A stretch of DNA of 64,000 bases from NCBI RefSeq assembly GCF_963921235.1, contig NC_086108.1, positions 101,062,001 through 101,126,000 of the forward strand, in the 5' to 3' direction. This DNA comes from Mobula hypostoma. Lineage: Eukaryota. The notes under the pieces are model-generated. The model ran no database searches and was not told where the DNA came from. It was given only the letters and a program-made list of their open reading frames with translations. Each line of letters starts with the position of its first letter. The first letter of the stretch is position 1. Positions 50,501 to 62,500 of this stretch are shown one piece after another. The translations under genes and the position numbers were made by a program.

Positions 50501-53500
50501 ACTTTAACTTTGCCCTTCTGACATGAAGATATGGAAGGTGTTGTGTATGAAGTGGCCACTCTGTTAGCCCTGTCCACAGTCTTAACAGGACATCCTGGGC
50601 AGTGTGTTCCCAGAATCCAGGATTATGTTCATGAAGCGGAAGACGGCTGTCCAGTGTCTTCTGCTACTCAATGTTTGGTGGGTTCACATTCCCCAGCACA
50701 GTATCTTTAGCTATTTCCTTTGACCAGGTCTTTTAGTGCCAGTTACCTGTCATAGTTGAGAGCTCTTCTAACTGTACAGCTGCAGATGGTCCTAGTGCAA
50801 TAGTGTGGATTACAGCTCCACTTCCTTCCACTTCAGAGAAGCAGGTGCTTATTTGATTATCCACTCCATCTGTCAGTAAAATCATTTCATCACCCTCTGT
50901 AGCATTGTCATCACCACGAAGTACCTGCAACAATCAGATGTCAACATGGAAAAAATGCAACAGTTGAAATTAGTAGAACTGGCCAAACATTCCAGGCTTA
51001 CCTGAAATCCAGCCCTAACCCCAGTACAGATGCTCGTTCCCCCACCAGCTGATGTTGGTAACAGCTGTACAAGATCCTCCCTTACGGCATCATTATCAAT
51101 CCTTTTTAACTGTGTTTTAATGCTTGCAACAGAGTTAAAAGTGACAATTCCAACTTGTGATCCTGCTTCAGCAATCTGCAGTAGGAATATCTCAGCTGCT
51201 TGTCGGAGCCTGACAATGCGATTCTCCTGTACATCAGAAGAAGAAAATTCAATGTCCAGCAAAATCCTATTTACAAGACTTAATTAAACTTTATATATTG
51301 AGAAAGATTTAAAAAACAATAATATAAATTTATTTTAATCAAGCAGCCTGCCTGTTTTGCTGTGGATGGTGTTGGATTGTTTACTTTACTGTTGCTTGAT
51401 CCACAGGCGTTCATGTAAGTAAAAAACCATTTCAATTCACATACATGACTTGTTACGTGGTGGAGAGGATTTTAGGGAGTCAGGAAGTGAGACTTTTGGG
51501 TGACTCCCCAAAGTCCTCTCTACCACATAAGCATTAGAAAGCTGCATAACCATCACTGAGAGCATCCACGTCATTAAGGACATCTTCAAACCGTGATCAT
51601 CAACACGAGAAATTCATAAACACTCAATGTTTGAGGCTAAGACCCTTCTTCAGAACTCAGTCGGCAATGCCTCAAGAAGATGGCATCCATCATTAAGGAC
51701 CCCACCATCCAGGACATGCTCTCTTCTCATTACTACCATCAGAGAGGAGGTACAGGAGCCTGAAGATCCACTCACTGTTTTAGGAACAGCTTCTTACTGC
51801 CATTAGAATTCTGAATGGTCCATGAACCATAAATACTACTGCACTTTTTGCTCTGTTTTTACACTGCTTTTTAATATTTTTCACTGTAATTTATAATAAT
51901 GTAATGGATTGCACTGAAATGCCACCGTAAAACAACAAATTTCACGCATATGTCAGTGCTAATAAATCTGATTCCGATTCTGAATACCCAACCTTTGGGC
52001 TGTTCTTGTTGAAAGTCACACGAGAGGAAATTCAGCCCAAAATTATAATCTAATTAAGGATGTGCTTTTTGAGCCGAAGAGTGGTGAATTTGTGGAATGG
52101 TCTGCCTCAGAATGCAGTGGAGGCCAAGTCCGTGGGTATATTCAAAGTGAAGGGGAGAGATTTCTGACTGGTTGGAAAAACAACGGATATGACAAGAGGG
52201 CAGGTGCATGGGATTGAATGGGATCCAGGATCAGCCATGATGAAATGGCAGAGCGGATTCGATGGGCTGAATGGTCCCATTCTGCTCCTATGTCTCATGG
52301 TCTAATAACATAAAAGATCTTACCGATCCCATGCTTCCTGAGTCATCAAGGACTAAACAAAGCACGCGGTCCTTAGCCTGTAGAAGTGTGAACGTTGGTT
52401 TGACTGAACCAGTGTGAGGTGACGAAACGTTTTTGAAATCTTCTGACTGGCTGATCACATCCCAAGTGCTCTTGTAATTGCATATTTCATTCTGCATGTT
52501 GGGTGCTTCAGGATTGTGAGTCTCAGAATCACAGAATTTATCTACCTGGATATTTGTGGAGACAAAACTAGGGTTAAAGAAGGAAGACATACAAAATGCT
52601 GGAGGAACTCAGCAGGTCAGTCAGCATCAATTCGAGGAACCAACATTCGATGTTTCCAGGTGAGACCCTTCATAAGGACTGGAAAGGAAGGCGGCAGAAG
52701 CCAGAATCAAAAGAGCTTTGATCAGCAACCAACCTGGACATCTGAAGTTTTGAGAGGAGGGAATTTCACTCAGGTCCAGTGCCCAAGGATAAAAGGGAGC
52801 AGTGGATCGCTATCCCAAAATAGAGCTTTGACTAGTGACCAATCTAAACATCGGAAGTTTCAGAGGCAAACAACAGGAATTCTGCAGATGCTGGAAATTC
52901 AAGCAACACACATCAAAGTTGCTGGTGAACGCAGCAGGCCAAGCAGCATCTATAGGAAGAGGCGCAGTCGACGTTTCAGGCCGAGACCCTTCGTCAGGAC
53001 TAACTGAAGGAAGAGTGAGTAAGGGATCCCTTACTCACTCTTCCTTCAGTTAGTCCTGACGAAGGGTCTCGGCCTGAAACGTCGACTGCGCCTCTTCCTA
53101 TAGATGCTGCTTGGCCTGGAAGTTTCAGAGGAGTGGATTTCACTTAGGTTTACTGCCTGAGTAGAGAAGGGAGCAGCAGATCGCTACTGCGAAATAGAGC
53201 TTTAACTAATGACCAATCCGAACATTGGAAGTTTTAGAGGAGGGAATTTCACTCAGGTTTACTGCCCAAGTAGAAAGGGAGCAGTGGGTTGCTACAGCGA
53301 AATAGAGCTTTGACCATGAAGTTTTTTCCTTCCCTTCTTTATACTGTAGGTGCTCAGCTAGGACAGTATAGTTGCCAGCCAGGATAGCGGAATGCTCCTC
53401 CGTGTCCTCCAGTGTCCCTGATGATGACAACGCAAGAAGTTGGAGCTGGAAACAGATGAACTCTGGATCATTCAGGAGGCTGCGGGGGGTGATAGATAGG

Positions 53501-56500
53501 ACATATAGAGAAGTAGTTACACTCAAGGCGCAGGACACAGGAAACCGGCTGACGGTCAGGAAGGGGAAAGGGAATAAACAGTCAGTGCACAGTTACCCCT
53601 GTGGTCATCCCCCTCAACAACTTTGGCGACTATTGCCGGGGGGGGGGTGTTGGGGGGTGGGGGGGGTTTGACCTAACAGAGGAAAGTCACAGTGGCTAGA
53701 TCTGTGGCACTGAGTCCGGCTTGGTGAGTCAGAAGGGAAAGGGGAGAAGAGGCACACTGTGATGATAGGGGACATGTTAGGGGAACAGATGGGGATTCTG
53801 TGGGCGAGAACGAGATTCTCGGATGGTATGTTGCCTCCCAGGTGCCAGGATCTGTGCTACCTCAGACTGAGTCTTCAGCATTCTTTAGTGGGAGGGGGAA
53901 CAGCCAGAAGAGTAGCAGAGGGGGAAGGAAGAACATCAGATAGTGGAAATCACCCCTCTGGCTGTCCTCTTCACCAATAAGTGCTCCATTTTGAGTACTG
54001 TTGGGGGGTGGGGGATCCTCTGGGTGATGCAACAGCAGCCGTGCCTCTGGCACTGTGTCTGATGCTGTGGCTCAGAAAGGTAGGGAACTGAAGAGGAGGG
54101 CAGCAATAATAGGGGACTCTGTATTAGGGGGACAGATAGGTGATTCTGAGGATGTGAAAAAGAAACATGGATGGTAGTTTGCCTCCATGGTGAGAGGGTC
54201 CACAATGTTTCTGATCGTGTCGATAATAGTCTGAAAAGGGAGAAAGAGCAACCAGAAGTCATGGTACATATTGGTACCAATGACATAGGTAGAAAAAGGA
54301 AGGAGGCCCTGAAAAAAGATTACAGGGAGTTAGAAAGGAAGCTGAGAAGCAGGACGTTAAGGGTAGTACTCTAGGGATTGCAGCCTCTGCCATGCATCAG
54401 TGAGGATAGGAATAGAATGAGTTGGCAGATTAGTGTGTGGTTGAAGAATTGAAGCAGGGAGCAAGTATTCAGATTTCTGGATAATTAGGACAACTTCTGG
54501 GGCAGGTGTGACCTGTATGAAAGGGATGGGTTGCACTTGAATCTGAAGGAAACCAATATTCTTATGGGCAGGTTTACTAGAGCTGCTGGGAGTGGTTTAA
54601 ACTAATCTGGCAGGGGGATTGGAACCAGTATCACAGAGCAGAAGATGACCCAGCAGGTTTACAAATAGATGTATTTTACATGAATACAAGGAAGGAAGGA
54701 TGAGCCAATGATTGAGTACAAATGCAGATGGAGCAAAGAGTTAAATTGTACCACAGATGCAAAATTCAAAAGCGTGAAGAATGCAGGACTGAAGGTGCTG
54801 TATTTAAGTACGCGTGGCATTCGGAATAAGGTGGATGAACTCATGGCGCAATTAGAAATTGGTCAGAATAACGTTGTGGGCATCACTGAGTCGTGGCTGA
54901 AAGAAGGCCATAGTTGGGAGCTTAACGTCAAAGGATATCCTTTGTATCTAAAGGACAGGCAGAAAGGAATAGGTGGTGGGGCTCTGATGAGATAGGATGG
55001 TGGTGAGATGGGATTACACCCTTAGAAAGAGGTGGCATAGGGTCAGAGAATACTGAATCTTTGTGGGTGGAGTTTAAAAACTGCAAAGGTATAAAGACCA
55101 TTATAGGAATAATATACAGGCTTCCAAATAGTAGCCAAGGGGTGGTGTTGAGATTGCAAAGGAAGATGAAAATGATATGTAATAAAGGTAATGTCACAGT
55201 TGTAATGGGGGACTTCAATATGCAAGGGGATTGGGAAAATCAGATTGGTGTTGGATCGCAAGTGAGGGAATTTGTTGATTACCTATTAGATGGCATTTTA
55301 GAGCAACTTGTGCTTGAGCCTACTCAGGGAAAGGCTATCTTAGAATGGGTGTTGTGTATTAACCCAGATCTATTAGGGAGCTCAATGTAAAGGAACCCTT
55401 AGGAGGCAGTGATTATAACATGTTTGAATTTATACTGCAATTTGAGAGGGAGAAGCACAAGTCACATATATCAGTATCGCAATGGGATAAAGGGATTTAC
55501 TGAGGCATGAGAAGATAGATTGAAGGAAGATACTGGTAGGGATGATGGCAGAACAGAGATGTCTGAAGTTTCTGGGCATAGTTCACAAGGTGCAGGACAG
55601 ATATGACCCACAAAAGAAGTTCTCAAATGGCAGCGGTAGGGAACCCTGGCTGACAAGGGAAGTTAAGGACTCCATAAAATCCAAGGGAAGTGCATATAAG
55701 GTAGCAAAAGTGAATGGGAAGTTGGATGATTGGGAAGCTTTAAAAATCCAACGAATGGCAACTGAAAAAGCTATAAGTAGGGAAAAGATGAAATATGAGG
55801 GCAAGCTAGCCAAAAATATAAAGCGGGATACCAAAAGATTTTTCAGTTATATAAAGAGTAAAAGGACGGTGAGAGTTTATATTGGACCACTGGAAAATGA
55901 TGCTGGTGAGGTAGTAATGGGGGACAAAGAAATGGCAGGTGAACTTAGTAAGTACATTGCAACAGTCCTCGCTTGGAATAATGTGAGCAGTTTTGGGCTC
56001 TTTATCTTAGAAAGGATGTGCTGAAACTGGAGAGGGTTAAAAAAGGGTTCACAAAAATGATTCCAAGATGAAATGGATTTTCATATGCAGTATGTTTGAT
56101 GACTGTGGTCTTGTATTTGATGGAATTCAGAAGAATGAGGGGTGACTTCATTGAATCCTATTGAATGGCAAAAGGCCTGGATAGAGTGGATGTGGAAAGG
56201 ATGTTTTCTTTGGTGGGAGAGTCTCAGACCACGAATATGTGATAAGTGCGCGTGCGGCCAATTGATCGACAGGTAAATCGATTGGCTCTCCTGCACTCTC
56301 TTTTTGCATGGGCTTTTGAGGCTCCATGTCTCTCATCTCAGCAGGTCTGATCCTCCCACACTGTAAGTTGCCCAGCGTGTACCATGGCTAACATGACACA
56401 GTAAAAACATTTAATCCTACTGCATCGATTTTGTTCTGGCTTTGTGTATACTCACATATGGTAATCCCTGTAAGTACATTATTGAAGATGATGACTTCTG

Positions 56501-59500
56501 ATTTCTCTCTGGGAAAAATCTACATTTCTTGTTTGGTAAGTCTGTGTTTTCATCAATGGCACATGGTAAACAGTAACCGCCCTTGCACTCAGCGATTTTT
56601 CCTTTTATGTTGAGTGAACATCTGAAAGTCAAACATAATTATAAAAGCGTACTTGTGTTTACTTCTGTACATTGACAATTTTGTCAGAAAGGACAAGGAA
56701 CGGCCAGTTTATGAGAATTGTCATTTCCAGTCTGTTCTTTCTTTGCGACATGTTGTTGTTACCTCCCAGTCCACATTCACTCCACTCTAGTAATATGATC
56801 ATCTTTGTATTGGTCCCAAAAGATAGGAGGACATAGAGGGACATATTCATTGGAGTATAGAAAAACGAGGGAGCCGGTGGAATCTTGTGGAACCTAGCGA
56901 ATGTTGAAAAGCCTAGAGGGAGTGGATGTGGAGAAGCTGTTTCCTATAGTAGGGGATTCTGGGACCAGAGGGCACAGCCTCAGAATAGAAGGACGTCCCT
57001 TTAGAGCAGAGATGAGGAAGTATTTCTTTAGCCAGATGATGCTGAATTTGTGGAAGTCGTTGCCAGAGACATCTGTACAGGCTAAGACATTGGATATATT
57101 TAAAGCAAAGGTTGACAGGTTCCTGATTAGTAAGGGTGTCAGAGGTTATGGAGAGAAGGCGGGAGAACAAGATTGAGAGGGATAATAAATCAGCCAGGCT
57201 GGAATGATGGAGCAGCCTCAATGGGCTAAATGGCCTAATTCTGCTCCTTTGTCTTATGGAATGTAGGTCACTCTGCCCCTCAAGACTATTGTGTCTTTCA
57301 GTTTGATGATGGTTGATCTGTCCTGGGTCTCATCTTCTCTCATCTTAGAGGAGATATAGCATGGTACAAGCCCTATGGACCCATGAACCCATGTTGCCCA
57401 ATTACACCTATATGGCCAATTAACCTACTAACCCATATGTCTTCGGAATGTAGAAGGAAACTGGAGCACCCGGAAGAAAACTGCACAGTGACGGGGAGAA
57501 TGTCCGAACTCCTCACAGCTGTGGCGGGAATTGAACCCAGGTCACAGGCCAGTAATAGTGTTACTCCAACCACTACACTACCATAATGCCCCTGTGTAAG
57601 ATCCCCATTGATCTCTATTCCCCGATTTTTCAAGAAAATATCTACTTCCTCTTTAAATCTCCCCCCGCCATTGTGTAAAACTATCCTTTCTATTTTAGGT
57701 TCTTCCACTTCCACATTCCAGCACCTGCCATGTTAAGCCCTGTGATGACCTTGTGTATTTCATTATAATCAGTTCTTCTTCTAAACTCCAAAGAATATCC
57801 TGTCAATCCAATTTCTTTAACTGCTCATGACAGGACAACCATCTCATCTCAGGAAGTGGCTGAGTGAATCTCTGTCAAAATTGTAAATGTCTGCAAGAAA
57901 ATGAATCTCAAGGTATTATACAGTACTTTGATAATAAATTTTCCTTCAACTTTGACCACCAAGTTCAGGAACAGTTATTACCCTTCAACTATCAGGCTCC
58001 TGAACCAGCATGGATAACTTCACTCACCTAACACTGAACTGATTCCACAACCTATGGACACACTTTGAAGGACTCTACAACTCATGTTCTCAGTACTAAT
58101 TACTTATTTTAGTTTTTTTTTTGTATTTGCATAGTTTGCTTTCTTTTGCACAGTTGGTTATCGATTCTGTTGTATTTCTTTGTTCCTGCAGTGGGTGCCC
58201 ACAAGAAAATGAATTTCAGGTTAGTATATAGCAATATATACATGAGAAAATCTGCAGATGCTGGAAATCCAAGGCAACGCACACAAAATGCTGGAGGAAC
58301 TCAGCAGGCCAGGCAGCATCTATGGAAAAGAGTAAACAGCTGATATTTCCGGCCAGGCCCCTTCATCAGGACTGAGAATGAAGGGGAAAGGCACCAGAAA
58401 TAAAAAATAGGAGGATGGGAAGGAGCCTAGTTGGAGGGTGATAAATGAAGCCAGGTGGGTGGAAAAGGTCTAGGGCTGGAGAAGAAGGAATCTGACAGGA
58501 GAGGAGAGTGGACCATGGCAGAAAGGGAAGGAGATGGGGACCTAGGAAGAGGTGATAGGTAGGTGAGTTCAAAGTGGTGAATAAAGGAAGGGGGTAGGAG
58601 GGAACCTTCTTTTTACCAGAAGGAGAAATTGATATTTATGTCCATCGGGCTGGAGGCTACCCAGAACGAATATTCCTCCACCGTGAAGGTAGCCTCATCC
58701 TGGCACAAGAGGAGGCCATGGACCACCACGCCGGAATGCGAACGGGAATTGGAATTAAAACATTTAGCCTCTGGGAAGTTCCAATTGTGGCATATACAGT
58801 ATGTAGGTTGATAATAAATTTACTTTGAACTTTGAAAACTATGCCAGACATGTCCTCATCAGTCCCATGTATAGCTGTAACAATACTCCTTATTTCTAAT
58901 CCTAACCTTCTGGCAATAATGATCTAAGTGCCACTTGCCTTCTTTATTAGTTGCTGTACCAGCCAATTAAGACTTTAAGATTCACATTTAAGAAGGTCTA
59001 AACCCCTCTGCACTTACTTCATCTTTTACCATCTGCAGGAAAAGTTTGCCTGTCAGTTTCACTTATCCAAGACCATAACCTCACCGGTAGCCATATTAAA
59101 CTTTATATGACCCATTTCCTCAGTATATTGATATGCAACTGTAACGTCCTAATATACTGCTGCTAATACAGCATGTGCTCTCAGAATCTGAATCAGAATC
59201 AGGTGCAATATTGCTGCAATATGTTGTGAAATTTGTTGTTTTGCAGCAGTGGTAAAATATTATGTACACGATTGTAGGGCTCTCAGTATACTAGGTGGAC
59301 TGTTAACTGTTGATCGCTTATTACCAAAATGGCTTCTCTGAAGTGTTATATTAAAATAGCTTCCCGTAATGTTAACTGCTGGGCAAGGGGTTCTCTGTAA
59401 CTGCAATGTTTGGGTTATACAGGGAGATAATGGAAATTGTATTCACTTGTTAGCCAATGGAAGTCATGTTCTGTTAACTTGTATATGTGTGCTGAGTTGA

Positions 59501-62500
59501 GGAGCGCGGGCTTTTTGGGAGGCAAGTGGAGAGGACGGACGTGTGTGGAACGGACAGCGGTTCCAGGGCGGCGGATACCGGATCTCGGGAGTTCAGAGGG
59601 TGGCCAGAGTCTCGGAAGGACGTTGTGGATGGAATCGGAGGCGTGAGCTCCAACGTATTAAAATCAAATGTGCACAAGACTGATAAGTTACTTCTGTGGT
59701 GCCTACTTTTTTTGTAGTTATTTCTACTAACCCATCACCAAAAATTTGCTATAAAGTATAATTCTTTACTCGCACTTGGTATATTGTTTCATATTTGTGT
59801 TGTGGCTGTTCGTTGGACGACTCACACCTTATCCGCACCAAAGCAATTGCACTGTTTGGCGAGGTCAACGCTATTCACCCTAGGCAATGGTGGATCAGTG
59901 GGGCAAAGACCGTTACACGATATATTATACTTTATTGTCGTCAAACAGTTGATACTAGAGCGTACAATCATCACAGTGATATTTGATTCTGTGCTTCGCG
60001 CTTCCTGGAGTACAAATCAATAGTAAATAGTAAAACATTAAATTATAAATCATAAATAGAAAATAGAAAAGGGAAAGTAAGATAGTGCAAAAAAACAAGA
60101 GGCAGGTCCAGATATTTGGAGGGTACAGCCCAGATCCGGGCTAGGCTCTGTTCAGCAGTCTTATCACAGTTCGAAAGAAGCTGTTCCCAAATCCAGCCGT
60201 ACGAGTCTTCAAGCTCCTGAGCTTTCTCCCGGAGGGAAGAGGGACGAAAAGTGTGTTGGCTGGGTGGGTCATGTCCTTGATTATCCTGGCAGCACTGCTC
60301 TGACAACGTGCGGTGTAAAGTGAATCCAAGAATGGAAGATTAGTTTGTGTAATGTGCTGGGCTATGTTCACGATCTTCTGCAGCTTCGTCTGGTCTTGGA
60401 CAGGATAACCTCCATACCAGGTTGTGATGCACCCTAAAAGAATGCTTTCTACGATGCATCTATAAAAATTAGTGAGGGTTTTAGGGGACAGGCCAAATTT
60501 CTTTAGCTTTCTGAGGAAGTTTAGAGAATTGGTTGGCAGACAGGAAGCAAAGAGTGGGAATAAACGGGACCTTTTCAGAATGGCAGGCAGTGACTAGTGG
60601 GGTACCACAAGGCTCAGTGCTGGGACCCCAGTTGTTTACAATATATATTAATGACTTGGATGAGGGAATTAATTGCAGCATCTCCAAGTTTGTGGATGAC
60701 ACGAAGCTGGGCAGCAGTGTTAGCTGTGAGGAGGATGCTAAGAGGATGCAGGGTGACTTGGATAGGTTAGGTGAGTGGGCAAATTCATGGCAGATGCAAT
60801 TTAATGTGGATAAATGTGAAGTTATCCACTTTGGTGGCAAAAACAGGAAAACAGATTATTATCTGAATGGAGGCCAATTAGGAAAAGGGGAGGTGCAACG
60901 AGACCTGGGTGTCATTATACACCAGTCATTGAAAGTGGGCATGCAGGTACAGTAGGCGGTGAAAAAGGCGAATGGTATGCTGGCATTTATAGCGAGAGGA
61001 TTTGAGTACAGGAGCAGGGAGGTACCACTGCAGTTGTACAAGGCCTTGGTGAGACCACACCTGGAGTATTGTGTGCAGTTTTGGTCCCCTAATCTGAGGA
61101 AAGACATCCTTGCCATAAAGGGAGTACAAAGAAGGTTCACCAGATTGATTCCTAGGATGGCAGAACTTTCATATGATGAAAGACTGGATGAACTAGGCTT
61201 ATACTCATTGGAATTTAGAAGATTGAGGGGGGATCTGATTGAAACGTATAAAATCCTAAAGGGATTGGACAGGCTAGATGCAGGAAGATTGTTCTCGATG
61301 TTGGGGAAGTCCAGAACGAGGGGTCACAGTTTGAGGATAAAGGGGAAGTCTTTTAGGACCGAGATTAGGAAAAACTTCTTCACACAGAGAGTGGTGAATC
61401 TGTGGAATTCTCTGCCACAGGAAACAGTTGAGGCCAGTTCATTGGCTATATTTAAGAGGGAGTTAGATATGGCCCTTGTGGCAAAGGGATCAGGGGGTAT
61501 GGAGGGAAGGCTGGTACAGGGTTCTGAGTTGGCTGATCAGCCATGATCATACTGAATGGCGGTGCAGGCTCGAAGGGCCAAATGGCCTACTCCTGCACCT
61601 ATTTTCTATGTTTCTATGTAAAGGTGCTGGTGGGCCTGCTTGGCAGTGGACTCTGCTTGGTTGGTTATATATACTGTATATTTTTCTATATACACTGTAC
61701 TGTTGTTCCAAAATAAACTCGAGTCTCATATCATTCCAATATACATCACAACATGCCCTATTTTCATATCATCAGCAAACTGGGATATTTTATACCTGAC
61801 CCTATCCTCCAATATAAATAATAGACAGTTGCGATAGAAATGCAAACTATTTCTATTTCCTTTCAGCTATGACAGACTTGATTAGAGATCCCAAAACCCA
61901 AAGGATGTCATGCAGTTAGATTTGTCATACCTTGTTGCTTCCATGTTGCCGTTCTCCGAGAAATAAAATGGAACCATATCATTATATTCATTGAACACAC
62001 CCCAGCGAAGATGGGCCCACTCGTGGACAAATACTCTACCTGTTAAGACAATTTTATTTTTAAATAGTGAATTCAATATTTTCACATTCTTAAAGTATTC
62101 TCAAGAGCATCTGAGCAGTTAGGTCAGGTATCTGAGCAACTGCACCTAACCTGTGTTGAACTTGCCCAGAAAGCATCACATAGAAGCAAAAAGAATGTAC
62201 TATAAACATTAGGTTGTTAAATGATGCACAATGCACAAGGGTGGTTGATGAAACATTAAGCTTGTTTTCATTAATAAGAACACAAAATCTATTAATTAGT
62301 ATTATTTACACATCTTGCTTATCATTGCACCTTAAAGGATCAAGTGTAATATATAAAAGTCAGTCTCTCTCTCTCTCTCCCCCCTTCCCCCCCCAATCAT
62401 GTTGTTGATCAAAGGTGTCAGAGGGGTTACCAGCCTTCAATAGTTCCGATGTCCCTTAAGCAGTCAAAACCAAAACGTATTAAAAAGTAGTGCAAACTTA

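Larger units (their letters stand above)
52712..53313 (+). repeat. Three tandem monomers of about 109 bp at the 5' end of a CR1, the second interrupted by a Penelope palindrome
   Basis: agagcttt unit starts at 52712, 52822, 53196 and 53304. Confidence 0.8.

Noticed and set aside
52712..53313. CRISPR-like repeat array
   Set aside because: Whole units are homologous with no unique spacers, and the context is eukaryotic.
56257..56286. Small hairpin with inverted CCAAT boxes
   Set aside because: A single 10-bp stem with no supporting context.
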